From NCBI GenBank assembly GCA_943788985.1, contig CALSSJ010000044.1, forward strand, positions 11,845 to 75,844: 64,000 bases of DNA, given 5' to 3'. Source of the stretch: an uncultured Lentisphaerales bacterium (GTDB lineage Bacteria; Verrucomicrobiota; Lentisphaeria; JABSQK01; UBA12247). The notes beneath the pieces are model-generated. The model ran no database searches. It was not told the DNA's origin and was given only the letters and a program-made list of their open reading frames with translations. The first letter of the stretch is position 1. Every line of letters begins with the position of its first letter. Positions 37,650 to 48,020 of this stretch are shown in pieces. Made by a program: the position numbers and the translations under genes.

Positions 37650-39840
37650 TCATGCGTCTACGTCCACCTGGAGCACCACGCCCGTTGGTGTCGGATAGGC
37701 GCGCAGCGCCTGCCGCAGAAAACGGCTCGTCTGCACCACGCGATCCGTGATGATCATCATCTCAAACCGGTATTGATTTCGCAGTCGAGCGACCGCACTG
37801 GGATATACCGGAGACACAGTCGCGGTGCCAACCAGCGGCTTGCCGATGTACTGGCGAAACTGCTCGCCCACCTGCTCAGCCTGTAACTCCTGTGGGCCCC
37901 GGATGTGAATCATAATCAGACGCTTTGTGGGCGGCAGTTGCAGCTGACGCCGGGCCTCGATCTCATGCTCGTAGAATCCCGTATAATCCTGTTTTCGTCC
38001 CGCCTCCAGCACCGGATGAAACGGCGTAAAGGTTTGCACGATCACCCGCCCCGGAAGATCTCCACGCCCAGCACGACCGGCCACCTGCACGATCAGCTGA
38101 AACGTTCGTTCCCCCGCCCGAAAATCCGTGAGATTCAAACTTAAATCAGCAAACACAATGCCCACCAAAGTGACATTGGGGAAATGTAGGCCCTTGGCGA
38201 TCATCTGCGTACCGATCAGAATATCGACCTCCCCAGCGCGAAAGGACGTGAGTGCCTTGCGATAGGAATCCTTTCCCGTCATCGTGTCCGAATCCATCCG
38301 CATCACTCGTGCATCCGGAAATGCACCGCGGGTCATCCGCTCCAGCTTCTGCGTCCCCAACCCGCCATAGCGTATCTCCTCCGAGCCACAGCCTGGGCAC
38401 CGTACCGGCGGCGATCGCAAGGCACCGCAGAGATGGCAGATCAACCGCTGATTGTGCCGGTGATACGTATAGCTGCAACTGCAGTCATCGCATTCAGCCA
38501 CGTAATCACACTGCATGCAGGTCAGACTACTGCTGTAACCCCGGCGGTTCAGAAACAAAATCACCTGCTCGCAATCGTCCAACGCCTTATGAATCCCGGC
38601 GCGCAGAGACGGCGAGAAAAAGTCGATCTGCCCTGTTGCCGCAGACTGTGCCCCCAGGTCCACCACGGCGATAGTCGGCAGCTCCGCATCATCAACGCGC
38701 TCGCTCAAGACTGCCAGCCCATACTTTCCCAGCTGCGCGTTGTGGTAGGTCTCAAGCGCCGGCGTTGCCGTCCCCAAGACTACCGCAGCCTTTTCCATCT
38801 TAGCCCCGCACCACGGCCACATCGCGAGCCTGATAACGAGGTGCCTTCCCCTGCTTATAGCTGGGCTCGTGCTCCTCATCCACAATGATCAGCCCCAGGC
38901 GGTGAAATGGCGCAAAGATCGCCGAACGCGTCCCGACCACGATGTCTACGTCACCACGGTTGATCGCGCACCACTGCTCAAAGCGCTCGCCGTCACTCAG
39001 GCGGCTGTGCATGATACTGACACGCTCGCCAAACCGGCCCCGGAACCGCTCCACCGTCTGCGGCGTCAACGCAATCTCCGGCACCAGTACGATCGCCTGC
39101 CGCTCCTGCTCCAAACACACCGTGATCGCCTGCAGATACACCTCCGTTTTTCCGCTTCCCGTGATGCCAAACAGCAACGTAGGCTTCGGCTTCTCCGCCT
39201 TCAGCTCCACCAACACCTGGTCGTAGGCAACGCGTTGCTGATCAGTCAGCGTAAGCGGCTCAGTCTGCATATACTGCAAGGCCGAGAATGGGTCGCGAGA
39301 GACAGCCTCCTCGCGTATCTCGATCAGCTTCTTTTCTTCCAAACGCTTCAAGCTCGGGCGCCCAACCCGCGCTTCTCGGCACAACGATGAAACCGTCATC
39401 CGATGGCGCTGCACCAAGCGTTTTAATGCCTCCGCCTGTCGTGGCGCGGATTGCTCCAGCCTCTGCAGCTCGTCTGGCAGCTTCTCGTTCGCGCATAGCG
39501 TTACGATCTGCTGCATCTTCGGCTTCACCGATTGTGCCCGCACCGGTGCCGGCAACAACGCCCGCATCGCCTGTTCCCGATTGCAGCAATAATAATCTGC
39601 CATCCACTCCCCCAGCCTCACCAGCGAGGCCGGAATCCGCTCCAGAACCGCCAGGATTGGCGAGAGGTTTTTAGACGTGCTCGCCTCCTCCATGCCCACG
39701 ACGTAGCCACGGCACTCGCGGCGATTGAAGATCACCTGCACCAAGGCTCCTACCGCGACCTGGCCCTCGAGCCCCTCCGGGATTCCATAGTCCCAATGGC
39801 GGTCCAGCGACACATCCACCAGGAGCTGCGCTACCTTCAT
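37650..39840 (-). CDS. priA: Primosomal protein N' (replication restart helicase), reading frame interrupted by 1 nt in a G4/C4 run at 38804-38807
   Basis: ORF 38800..39840 has GITGSGKTEVY and DEEHEPSYKQ. ORF 37650..38885 continues with LGTATPALETY, the Cys4 zinc region (CMQCDY..CDDC..CHLCG..CPGCGS) and the C-terminal domain. The junction reads RDVAVVRG*/AKMEKAAVVLG, and removing one G restores RDVAVVRAKMEKAAVV. Confidence 0.85.
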
Positions 39841-40016
39841 TCGGCTAGCCCGGATATTTCATGTGATTTGTCACGATAGGGCCGAAGGTGCGTGGAGTCA
39901 GCCAGTTACGGAAGTGAGTCTGATACGTTCGTGTCGAGACACGTCGAGGCCAGCGAGCAGCGTAGGTCGCTGAATTTGCATGCATTAGGATTTTGCAGAA
40001 GAATCTCATGAATGAT

Positions 40017-40448
40017 TCAGGCTAGGGACTCGCCCGTCAGCGTCACGACAATCCGACGGCCGCCACCGCGAATGCGATGTTCGCACAAGTAAATGCCTTG
40101 CCAGGTCCCCAGCTGAAGCTTGCCGTTCCGAATCGGGATCGTCACCGACGGCCCCAGCAGAGATGCCTTGATATGAGCCGGCATGTCATCCGGCCCCTCA
40201 TACCTATGCACAAAAAACGGCGTATCATCCGCCACAGCATGCCTAAAATATCGCTCGAAATCAGCGCGCACCGTCGGATCTGCATTCTCATTCAACGTCA
40301 ACGCAGCCGAAGTATGCTGGATAAAGACATGCGCCAGCCCAATTGCGAACTCCGCAATCTCCGGCACTTGACAGATCAGCTCGTCCGTCACCAGGTGAAA
40401 CCCGCGGTCGCGACTCCGCAGCACGATCTGCCGTTGTGCCCAGCCCAT
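40017..40448 (-). CDS. yjbQ: YjbQ/UPF0047 family (secondary thiamine-phosphate synthase) protein
   Basis: Shows GFHLVTDEL, HVFIQHTSAALTLNENADPTVRADF, GPDDMPAHIKASLLG and LGTWQGIYLCEHR. The ATG at 40448 overlaps the mraY stop. Confidence 0.85.
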   Translation of the reverse strand: MGWAQRQIVLRSRDRGFHLVTDELICQVPEIAEFAIGLAHVFIQHTSAALTLNENADPTVRADFERYFRHAVADDTPFFVHRYEGPDDMPAHIKASLLGPSVTIPIRNGKLQLGTWQGIYLCEHRIRGGGRRIVVTLTGESLA

Positions 40449-41582
40449 CAGCGCAGCTTCAATGTGGCGATACCGATCGCCGCACACAGCAGTGCCACGA
40501 TCCAGAACCGAATCACAATCTGCGTGTCAGCCCATTTATGATCACCACGATCCAGATGGTGATGATACGGCGTGCAGCGAAACGGTCGATAATCCACCTT
40601 CAAAATTCGCCGCGAGAGCTGGCTGCAGATCACCTGCAGAATCACTGACATCGCCTCGATCACGAACACCCCGCCGACAACCACCAACAGCAGTTCCTGC
40701 TTCACCAGCACCGCGATCAGCCCCACGGCCCCGCCTAGCGCCAAGCTTCCCGTATCGCCCATGTACATGCTCGCCGGAAAACAATTGAACCACAGAAATC
40801 CCAACCCAGCGCCCATAATCGCTCCCACGATCACCACCACCTCACTAGCCCCAGCCACATGCGGCACCAGCAAGTGTTCAGCAAACAGCCGATGCCCGCA
40901 GACGTAAGCAAACACACCGTACGCCGCCGTGCAGATCACCGTGCAGCCAATCGCTAACCCATCCTTACCATCCGTCAAATTCACCGCATTCGAGGAGCCC
41001 GTCACCACGATCGCGCCAAAAATCACAGCCACCCAAAGTGGCATCGACCAGATTGGCTGCTTGAAGAACGGCATGTAGAGCTGCTGCACATGCGCCCCGG
41101 CCTCCGGCAACCGATCCAGCGCGTACACCGCCAGACAGCCGATCACCACCTGGGCCACCAGCTTCCAACGGCCAGCCAGACCTGAAATATCCGCTTTATG
41201 TACCTTCAGAAAGTCATCTACAAAACCCACTACGCCCAGCGAAATCAGCAGGACCGCGAATACCGAGACCAGCCCGTTATCCCACCTTGCCCAGAGAAAG
41301 ATCGAGTTTACCACCGCCATGATGATCAAGAGCCCACCCATCGTCGGCACCCCTTCATCCAGATTCTCACGCCCGGGATCGCGGCCACGGCCAGTCGCGT
41401 TCAACATCTTGAGGAAGCGGACAAACCATGGACTACAGACCATCATGATCGCAAACGCCATCGCCGCGGCCCCCGCTGCGCGAAATGTCACAAAGCGAAA
41501 CAGCCGTAAAAAACTCAGCTCATCCACACCCGACAAAGGCCCGGCTGGGTCCGCAAAAAAAACTATACAAATAATAGAGCAC
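40448..41582 (-). CDS. mraY: Phospho-N-acetylmuramoyl-pentapeptide transferase, frame interrupted in an A8/T8 run at 41555-41562
   Basis: The body of ORF 40448..42238 is MraY (FRFVTFRAAGAA, PTMGGLLI, NAVNLTDGKDGLA, MGDTGSLALGG, ...TLKLR*). The expected N-terminus VLYYLYSFF lies in another frame (ORF 41520..41738), with GTG at 41582. Removing one T joins SFF-ADPAGPLSGVDELSFLRLFRF. The upstream 218 codons of the long ORF are antisense to tatA and the oxidoreductase gene and are not coding. Confidence 0.85.
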
Positions 41583-41792
41583 GCGCCCCTCGCCTGTGGT
41601 GAACCGCGCACAACCGGCGCGCGTCGTAGTTTGCGAAGTTCGCGACCGAATGCAAAGCAAAACCGACAACCCCGACCGCGCGAGTGCAGTCTCCGCCGAA
41701 CTGAACCGCAAACCCCCTCGCGGTCTTGCATTGACCACGAACAGGCCGTATTTGTAAAAGCTGTATAACTCCCTTTGAAAAGGATCCGGATT

Positions 41793-41978
41793 ATGGGCGG
41801 ATTAGGCGAATATTGGGTCGTGTTGGTGATTGTCGTACTGCTCTTCGGTGCTGGTGCAATTCCAAAGTTGGCAAAGGCGGTCGGCCAAGCCAAGCAGGAA
41901 TTCAAGAAAGGCATCGACGAAGGCACAGACGAAACAGCCGAGAGCGATGACAAGAGTAAGGGCACGCTGGACACGTGA
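41793..41978 (+). CDS. tatA: Twin-arginine translocase subunit TatA/E
   Basis: MGGLGEYWVVLVIVVLLFGAGAIPKLAKAVGQAKQEFKKG is a canonical TatA TM plus amphipathic helix, followed by an acidic tail. Confidence 0.85.
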   Translation: MGGLGEYWVVLVIVVLLFGAGAIPKLAKAVGQAKQEFKKGIDEGTDETAESDDKSKGTLDT

Positions 41979-42923
41979 GCAACACCCGTGTCGGCGTCAT
42001 CGGCGTGGGAGTTCTCGGGAACTTCCACGCAAAACTCTATCAGAACATTGACGACGCGGACTTGGTCGGGATCTACGACGCGAACCCGGAGCGAGCTGCC
42101 GAAATTGCAGCGGCTTACGGCTGCGCAGCGTTCGACGACATCACCACGCTCTGCCGCACCGCAGACGCAGTCAGCATCGCTGTGCCCACCGACCAACACT
42201 TTGACGTTGCCCAGAAGGCTCTCGCCGCTGGCAGCCATGTCCTCGTAGAAAAACCCATTACCGCCACCACAGCCGAGGGCGAACGGCTAGTGCGCCAGGC
42301 CAAAGACCTCGGCCTTGTCCTCCAAGTTGGCCATGTCGAGCGCTTCAATCCCGTCATCACCTACCTCGAGAAACACATCCAGCACCCGCGCTTCATCGAA
42401 GCGCATCGCCTGGCCTCCTTTCCGCCCGCCGCGTGTGGGGATGCTGCCGCGGGGCACCGAAGTCGGGGTCGTCCTTGACCTCATGATTCACGACATCGAC
42501 ATCATCCTTCATTCTGGTCCGTAGCGAAGTCGTCCAGGTCGACACCGTCGGCATCCCCGTCCTTAGCAAGACCGAGGACATTGCCAATGCCCCGCCTCCA
42601 GTTCTCCTGCGGCTGCGTCGCCAATCTTACCGCGAGCCGGGTCAGCCAAGAACCAGTGCGCAAAATCCGCGTTTTCCAGGAGGACGGCTACCTGTCTCTC
42701 GACTACCAGGAACGGAAGGGGCGAGATGGCCATCCTCGGCCCCGCAGGCGTCACCCGCCAGGAAGTGCCCATACACGACCACAACGCCCTACTTCAGGAA
42801 CTCGTCGATTTTGTCGCTGCCGTACGCAGTCCGGCCCCATCGTCCCTGCCGTCACCGGCCAGCACGGCCTCAACGCCCTGCGCATCGCCGAACAAATCAC
42901 CCCGGCAGATCGCCGAAGCGTGA
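41975..42923 (+). pseudogene. Gfo/Idh/MocA family NAD(P)-dependent oxidoreductase broken by about 6 frameshifts in its last 500 nt
   Basis: The intact N-terminal 150 codons have VGVIGVGVLGNFHAK and HVLVEKP. The rest must be read in frame order 2,0,1,2,0,2,0 to recover RGTEVGVVLDLMIHDIDIILH / LVRSEVVQVDTVGIPVLSKTEDIANA / RLQFSCGCVANLTASRVSQEPVRKIRVFQEDGYLSLDYQERKG / AILGPAGVTRQEVPIHDHNALLQELVDFVAAVRS / GPIVPAVTGQHGLNALRIAEQIT / RQIAEA*. Several of the switches I inspected lie in or beside a G or C run. Confidence 0.75.
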
Positions 42924-43601
42924 GTCTGCAGGCTCTCCAGGACCAAGTCGTTGCCTGCCGCAAATGCCCGCGGCTCATCGCCTGGTGCGAACATGTCGCT
43001 AGCCACAAGCGCGCTGCCTACCGCCGACGACGACTACTGGGGTGGCCCTGTCCCCGGCTTCGGCGATTTAGCAGCCCGCGTCCTCATCGTCGGCCTCGCC
43101 CCTGGTGCCCACGGCGCCAACCGCACCGGCCGCATGTTCACCGGAGACCGCTCCGGCGACTGGCTCTACCGCTCCCTTCACCGTGCTGAGTTCGCAAACC
43201 AGCCACACTCCATCGATCGCAACGACGGACTCGTGCTCAGCGACGCCTTCATAACTGCTGGCGTGCGCTGCGCCCCGCCCGACAACAAGCCCACCACCGC
43301 GGAGCAAAACACCTGCCGCGCCTATCTGCAGCAAGAGCTCACCCTTATGCCCCAGCTTCGCGTCATCATCGCTCTTGGCGGGCTTGCCTGGAACAGCCTA
43401 TTTCGAGCCCTTGCAGCCGTTGATCTTCACGACTCACCACGGCCCAAGTTTGGGCACGGTGCCGAAGTCAGCGTTGGCCCCTATCTGGTCATTGGCTGCT
43501 ATCATCCCAGCCAGCAAAACACCTTTACCGGTCGGCTTACCGAGCCTATGCTAGACGCCGTTTTCCTTCGCGCCCGCGACATCATCCAGCCCCGCATTTG
43601 A
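42920..43601 (+). CDS. Uracil-DNA glycosylase, family 4/5 (UdgB-like), one frameshift near 43016-43026
   Basis: The GTG at 42920 overlaps the upstream stop (GTGA). CRKCPRLIAWCEHV, then after the shift YWGGPVPGFGD..VLIVGLAPGAHGANRTGRMFTGDRSGDWL and a C-terminal GCYHPSQQN, a pattern of Fe-S UDG families. Confidence 0.75.
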
Positions 43602-43724
43602 GTCCAAGTCGCCCTGCCCTTCCCTACAGACCGCCCGATAAACCGGCTGGGACCGCAGGCAACTCGCCTGCATCTGCGTGCGTGGGGCGCGCTAGCCTTC
43701 CTCCCTACCGGAGTCCTCTTTTCT

Positions 43725-44918
43725 TCAGCCGCCAGTCTTTGCCCCTGCGCACCCACCGTTAAGCAAGCGCTCAAGGTAGTGATACTCAATATTGTACAGC
43801 TTCTTGATTGCCTCGATCTCCGCGAGTTTCTTGGACGCCTCCCCTTCGGCATTCTGGTCTTTTATCGCCACGATCATCACATTCTTCGGTGTGTGCTCAG
43901 TCGAGATAAACTCGAACACCTTGGTCCTGTACCCCTGCGACTCGAGGATAAGCGCACGTAAGCCATCGGTCAGAATCTCTGACTGGCGTTCCTCGAGAAT
44001 GCCAAAACGGGTGATCTCCTGCAACTCATTGCTGGGCTTGATCTGCTCACGCAGTTGTTTGTGACAGCACGGGGCAGAGATGATGATCTTGGCCTGAGCC
44101 TGGATGCCCCGATAAATGGCATCATCGGTCGCCGTATCGCAGGCATGCAGGGCGATCAATATTTCGATCCCAGCGAGATCCACTTGGTCGATCGCGCCCG
44201 CCCGAAACTCCAAACCGTCAAACTTCGCAAGCTTGGCAATGCGATTGCAGGTGTCCACCAAGTGGGGACGCAGTTCGATCCCGACAAGCTTGGGATCGAG
44301 CCCCAGGGTCTGGCTCAAGTAGTCATAGAGGGCGAAGGTGAGGTAGCCCTTCCCCGAGCCCATATCGAAAATATTGCCGGTCCCTTCCAGGCCCTGCTTC
44401 TGGATGATGCCACCCACTACCTCGACAAACTTGTTGATCTGTCGATATTTATCCTCGCTGTTTCGCTTCACCTGCCAATCAGAGGTGATCACGCCCAACT
44501 CAAGCAAGTAGATGTTGTTTTTCAGCTCGATCAAGCGCTTCTTGGTCTTGTCATGCTCAAGGTTCTTCGGGACTACGCGCTGCTTTTCCTTACGCTTGAG
44601 GCTCACGTTTCCGCGTTTATCGATCGTCAAGTGCCACTCACTCTCGGCTCGAAAAAGGTCGGCGTGCACAAATGCATTGCTCACCAATTCCCGAATGACC
44701 GCCATTCCCGAATCAACGCTGTGGTTTTTAGTCACGTCTCGTGTCGCATGGCGATAGACAAAACAAAGCTGCAGTCCTTTCTTCGTGCGTACCAACCTCA
44801 CGAAGACATTCTTGAAATCGAGGCTCTTATCTCGGGGCTTACTGAGCGTAAGCTTGGCAAGATCCTGTTGGGCAATGCTGCCTTCGACAGCAGTAAGAAA
44901 GGTGACCATTTTGCTCAT
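43725..44918 (-). CDS. Class I SAM-dependent methyltransferase (Methyltransf_32-like) with an N-terminal uncharacterised domain
   Basis: Shows NIFDMGSGKGYLTFAL (motif I), VGIELR and LIALHACDTATDDAI, typical of this family. It is visibly less GC-rich than its neighbours. Confidence 0.7.
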   Translation of the reverse strand: MSKMVTFLTAVEGSIAQQDLAKLTLSKPRDKSLDFKNVFVRLVRTKKGLQLCFVYRHATRDVTKNHSVDSGMAVIRELVSNAFVHADLFRAESEWHLTIDKRGNVSLKRKEKQRVVPKNLEHDKTKKRLIELKNNIYLLELGVITSDWQVKRNSEDKYRQINKFVEVVGGIIQKQGLEGTGNIFDMGSGKGYLTFALYDYLSQTLGLDPKLVGIELRPHLVDTCNRIAKLAKFDGLEFRAGAIDQVDLAGIEILIALHACDTATDDAIYRGIQAQAKIIISAPCCHKQLREQIKPSNELQEITRFGILEERQSEILTDGLRALILESQGYRTKVFEFISTEHTPKNVMIVAIKDQNAEGEASKKLAEIEAIKKLYNIEYHYLERLLNGGCAGAKTGG

Positions 44919-45312
44919 ATCGACAACTCGCTTATCTCTCTAGAACTACGTTTCGCGCTAACCATGCGCCACTATGTAACCGCCCCGAGCCATGGCAAGC
45001 CTAGGTTGAGTGGCAGGGGCAGCCCCTTGCCCCTGCACTTCACTCGAGAAAACGGCTAGCCCCCCAACGGTATTACACCCAGTAGATCGCGCCGTACGCG
45101 ACGAGCCAGATCCCCCAGCGAGCGCCAGATATGGTCTCGTCGCTCGTACGTCCGATCCACGCGGCTCGCTGGTCCCGTCTTGAATCCTAGCCACCGCCAC
45201 TAAACCAATCCCGAATTGACCAACTTCCAAAAACAGTTCAGCCGACGCTCCAGAAGATCGGGAGGTTGATCACAACGAGAAATAGTTGCACCCGTTCGGT
45301 TTTACGCATCGC

Positions 45313-46065
45313 TCAAGTTCCGGGCAGCCAGCCGCGCCGGAGGGTCTCGTAGAGCAGAATGGTCGTAGCCTGGGCCACGTTTAGTGATTCCGCCTGCCCG
45401 GGCATCGGGATGGTCACGCGGGCTCCGGGCAGGTCGCCCACGCCATGCGCCTCGCCGCCAATCACCAGCGCACCACCGCGTGGGTCAAACGCGGCATCCA
45501 TGCACCGGGCACCTTCGTGAGGATCGGTCAGCCAAAGGCGCCCATCGGGAAACCGAGTCTGCCATTCCGCCACGGATTGCAGCTTAAATAGGGTTAGTGA
45601 GAACTGCGCGCCCATTCCAGCGCGGATTGTCTTGGGCGAGTATGGATCGCAGGAGCCGTCAGTCACGCAGACACTGCGGAGTCCGCAAGCCCAGGCAGTG
45701 CGGAGGATAGTCCCCATATTTCCTGGGTCGCCGACACCATCAAGAATAAGCGTGTAGGGCTCTGGCGAGGGCAGCTCGCTGGCATAGGCGTAGCGCATCA
45801 CTGCCAGAATTCCCTGGGCGTTCTGCGTCGTGCTGACGGTTGCAAATTCCGCAACACTGCAGCGATGGATCCGCTCGGCGGAGATGCTGCGGGGGGCCTC
45901 AAAGCCCTCGGCCAAGACGACAAACTCAACCGCTTTGCCAGCGTGGATAAAGGCCTCTTCGCAGCAGCGTTGGCCTTCGACTAGGAACAGCCCTTCCTTG
46001 CGGCGGCTGCGGCGATCATGGAGGCGCCGGATTAGGGATCCTTGGCGGCGAGTAAGCGCATTCAT
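45313..46065 (-). CDS. TrmH/SpoU family RNA 2'-O-methyltransferase (RlmB-like)
   Basis: Shows LFLVEGQR, LILDGVGDPGNMGTILRTAWACG, GGEAHG and IPMPGQAESLNVAQATTILLYE. I chose the ATG at 46065. Confidence 0.85.
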   Translation of the reverse strand: MNALTRRQGSLIRRLHDRRSRRKEGLFLVEGQRCCEEAFIHAGKAVEFVVLAEGFEAPRSISAERIHRCSVAEFATVSTTQNAQGILAVMRYAYASELPSPEPYTLILDGVGDPGNMGTILRTAWACGLRSVCVTDGSCDPYSPKTIRAGMGAQFSLTLFKLQSVAEWQTRFPDGRLWLTDPHEGARCMDAAFDPRGGALVIGGEAHGVGDLPGARVTIPMPGQAESLNVAQATTILLYETLRRGWLPGT

Positions 46066-46176
46066 GGGCAGTAAGTCGGTCGTGGGTTCATAGGTCGAAC
46101 TGTACGCCGATCCGCGAACTCTGGCACAGAAGGCGCAGTCCCGAACAGCTACCATTCTACAGGACCGTCGAATAGA

Positions 46177-47953
46177 TTGTCTTCCGGCACCGTCACTCAG
46201 TTGGTTGAGTCCTTTCGCAATGACGAGGGGCAGCCGAGGCAGTGCATCATTCTGTCGCTGGGCAGGCCAAAATCAACGAGGACATTCGCCGCGAGGTCGC
46301 CAAAGTCGTCGCAGCCCGCCTGTATCACGAACCAGAACTGCTTGAACGGCCACTGAGGCCAGAGGCCGCCTGTTAGGTTGATCGTATCGTCAACACTGTC
46401 CAGCATTATGGAACATCGCCCCCCAGGCGCAAACGCCGCGCCCATCAAGACAACACCAGCTCGGAGGCGATTGATGGCGTGTTGTCCGACAAAATCGACC
46501 ATACCCACAGCACTACCTTGGGCCCCGAGCTTCTAGCCTTGCACGCCTGGAAGCAGCTGAATATGCCCGGTCTGCTGGAGACGCTCGGCTTCAACCAAGC
46601 ACAATGTGACGCCGCCGCCGTCAGGGTCGTTAACAGACTCGTGGCCCTCTGCAGCGATTATTTCATGCAAACCTGGCTGACCACCAGTTCCCTCGCCGAC
46701 CTGCTCCGCAGCGACATCTTGAACTTTGCCGATGACCGCGACTATCGCATCGGCGATAAGCTCCTGGCGGCCAAAGACAAGATCGAAGACCACCTTCCAC
46801 ACGCCCAAAAAGAACCCTTCAACCTCCAGCGCACTATCATCCTCTACTACCTGACAAATACGCACTTCGCGGGTGTCTGCGCCAAGAATCCAAAAGCCAA
46901 GCGCGGCAAGAACAAGCAGAAGCGCAACGACTGCCCACAGGTCGTTGTCGGCATGGTCTTCGACGAATTTGGCTTCGAACTGGCACACCAGACCTTCAGC
47001 CGTAACACCCGGGACTCGACCACACTCACGTTCTTGGTAAACACCCTCAAAAAGCTCACCGATAGCGATCAGGAGTTGGCCGACGCCAAGCCCATTGTCG
47101 TCGTCGATGCTGGCATCGCGACCATAGACAACCTGCGGCGACTGCGTGAAGAAGGTTTTAGTTGCCTCGTCAATGCCAGTCACTAACAGCGAGAGGTCTA
47201 GGCCGATCATTTTCGCGACGATAGCGGCTTTGAGGCAGTGCCCGGTCGCGAGAAAAACGGCCGAGCGCGAGCCCCTGTTTTGGTTAAAGCTGTCGATCAT
47301 ACTTTCACTGAATAACCCACCGGATAAGCCACCGAGGCCAGCGACAGCGAAAACACACCAGAGATCATTGCTGCGCGCTTGGTCTTGTGTAAAAGCGACA
47401 CTCCCGGTGACAAAGAACGTGCTATGATCAGCAAGGCCGAGGAGAAACTCCTTGAGCGCCTGCAGAAGCTCGCCACCCGCATCGCCATCGGTCGGTTGCG
47501 CAGCAACAACTCGCGAGTGGTCAGATTCTACGACATCGACTTTCAGGAAGCCAATAAACCTGCGAAAGGCGAGCCTGAGGGCGTCTTGCGCTACACCCGC
47601 AAAGACCAACTTTTTGCTGACAGTCAGTTGGTTATGGGCTGCTACGTACTACGAACCGATCAGCAGGATCTGCCTGCCGAGCAACTTTGGCAGCTATACA
47701 TCACCTTAGTCCTGGCCGAAGAGGGGTTTCGGCTACTAAAAACCGACTTAGGCCTGCGCCCGAACTTCCATCAGATCCAAGATTGCGTGGACGGGCACAT
47801 TTTCATCACCGTGCCTGCCTACCACGTACTGACGCACATCCTGTACACCTTACGCCAAGGCTTTCTGAGGCATCACAGGCGCAGATCTATCGCCACTTCG
47901 ACATCGACACGACCGCCTTGCCACAGAGCAAGGTGATCATCACACCAAAATGA
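46177..47953 (+). mobile_element. Decayed IS1634-family (IS4-like DDE) transposase gene: 5'-truncated, one frameshift, at least 5 in-frame stops and a 3' internal deletion
   Basis: Reads QLVESFRNDEGQPRQCIILSLGRP, then a shift near 46265, then an in-frame TAG at about 46374-46376, then YYLTNTHFAG..AKRGKNKQKRNDCPQVVVGMVFDEFGFELAHQTF..VVVDAGIATIDNL..GFSCLVNASH*. ORF 47379.. is in the same frame as ORF 46479.. (offset 900 nt), with four stops between them. The C-terminal GCYVLRTD..LWQLYITLVLAEEGFRLLKTDLGLRPNFHQ..GHIFITVPAYHV is followed by a frame jump to SQAQIYRHFDID. No terminal inverted repeats were found. Confidence 0.7.
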
Positions 47954-48020
47954 CACGAGAAGAACCTGCGACTTTGCAGGGATTCTTTCTTATCTCCCTC
48001 ATTACCAGAGGCTTGCGATC

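Noticed and set aside
41583-42238. The N-terminal 218 codons of the 596-aa ORF 40448-42238 would extend MraY.
   Set aside because: This part is antisense to tatA and the Gfo/Idh/MocA gene and has no MraY similarity. The genuine MraY N-terminus (VLYYLYSFF) is found at 41582 in the adjacent frame.
45060-45312. Short minus-strand ORFs (for example MRKTERVQLFLVVINLPIFWSVG... and a following hydrophobic frame) between the methyltransferase and the TrmH gene.
   Set aside because: They might be a small membrane protein broken by a frameshift. However, the pieces are under 30 aa, carry no motif, and I cannot define a consistent frame.
46533-47609. 358-aa ORF on the minus strand, and similar long antisense ORFs: 44055-45059(+), 18594-19715(+), 17130-17966(+), 25094-25936(+), 27332-28189(+), 32303-33013(+), 59323-59934(+), 9809-10720(+), 10222-10734(-).
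   Set aside because: Each lies antisense to, or out of frame with, a gene that has clear family motifs. Their translations are Arg/Pro/Gly/Ala-rich with no recognisable motifs. This is the usual shadow-ORF effect in high-GC DNA.
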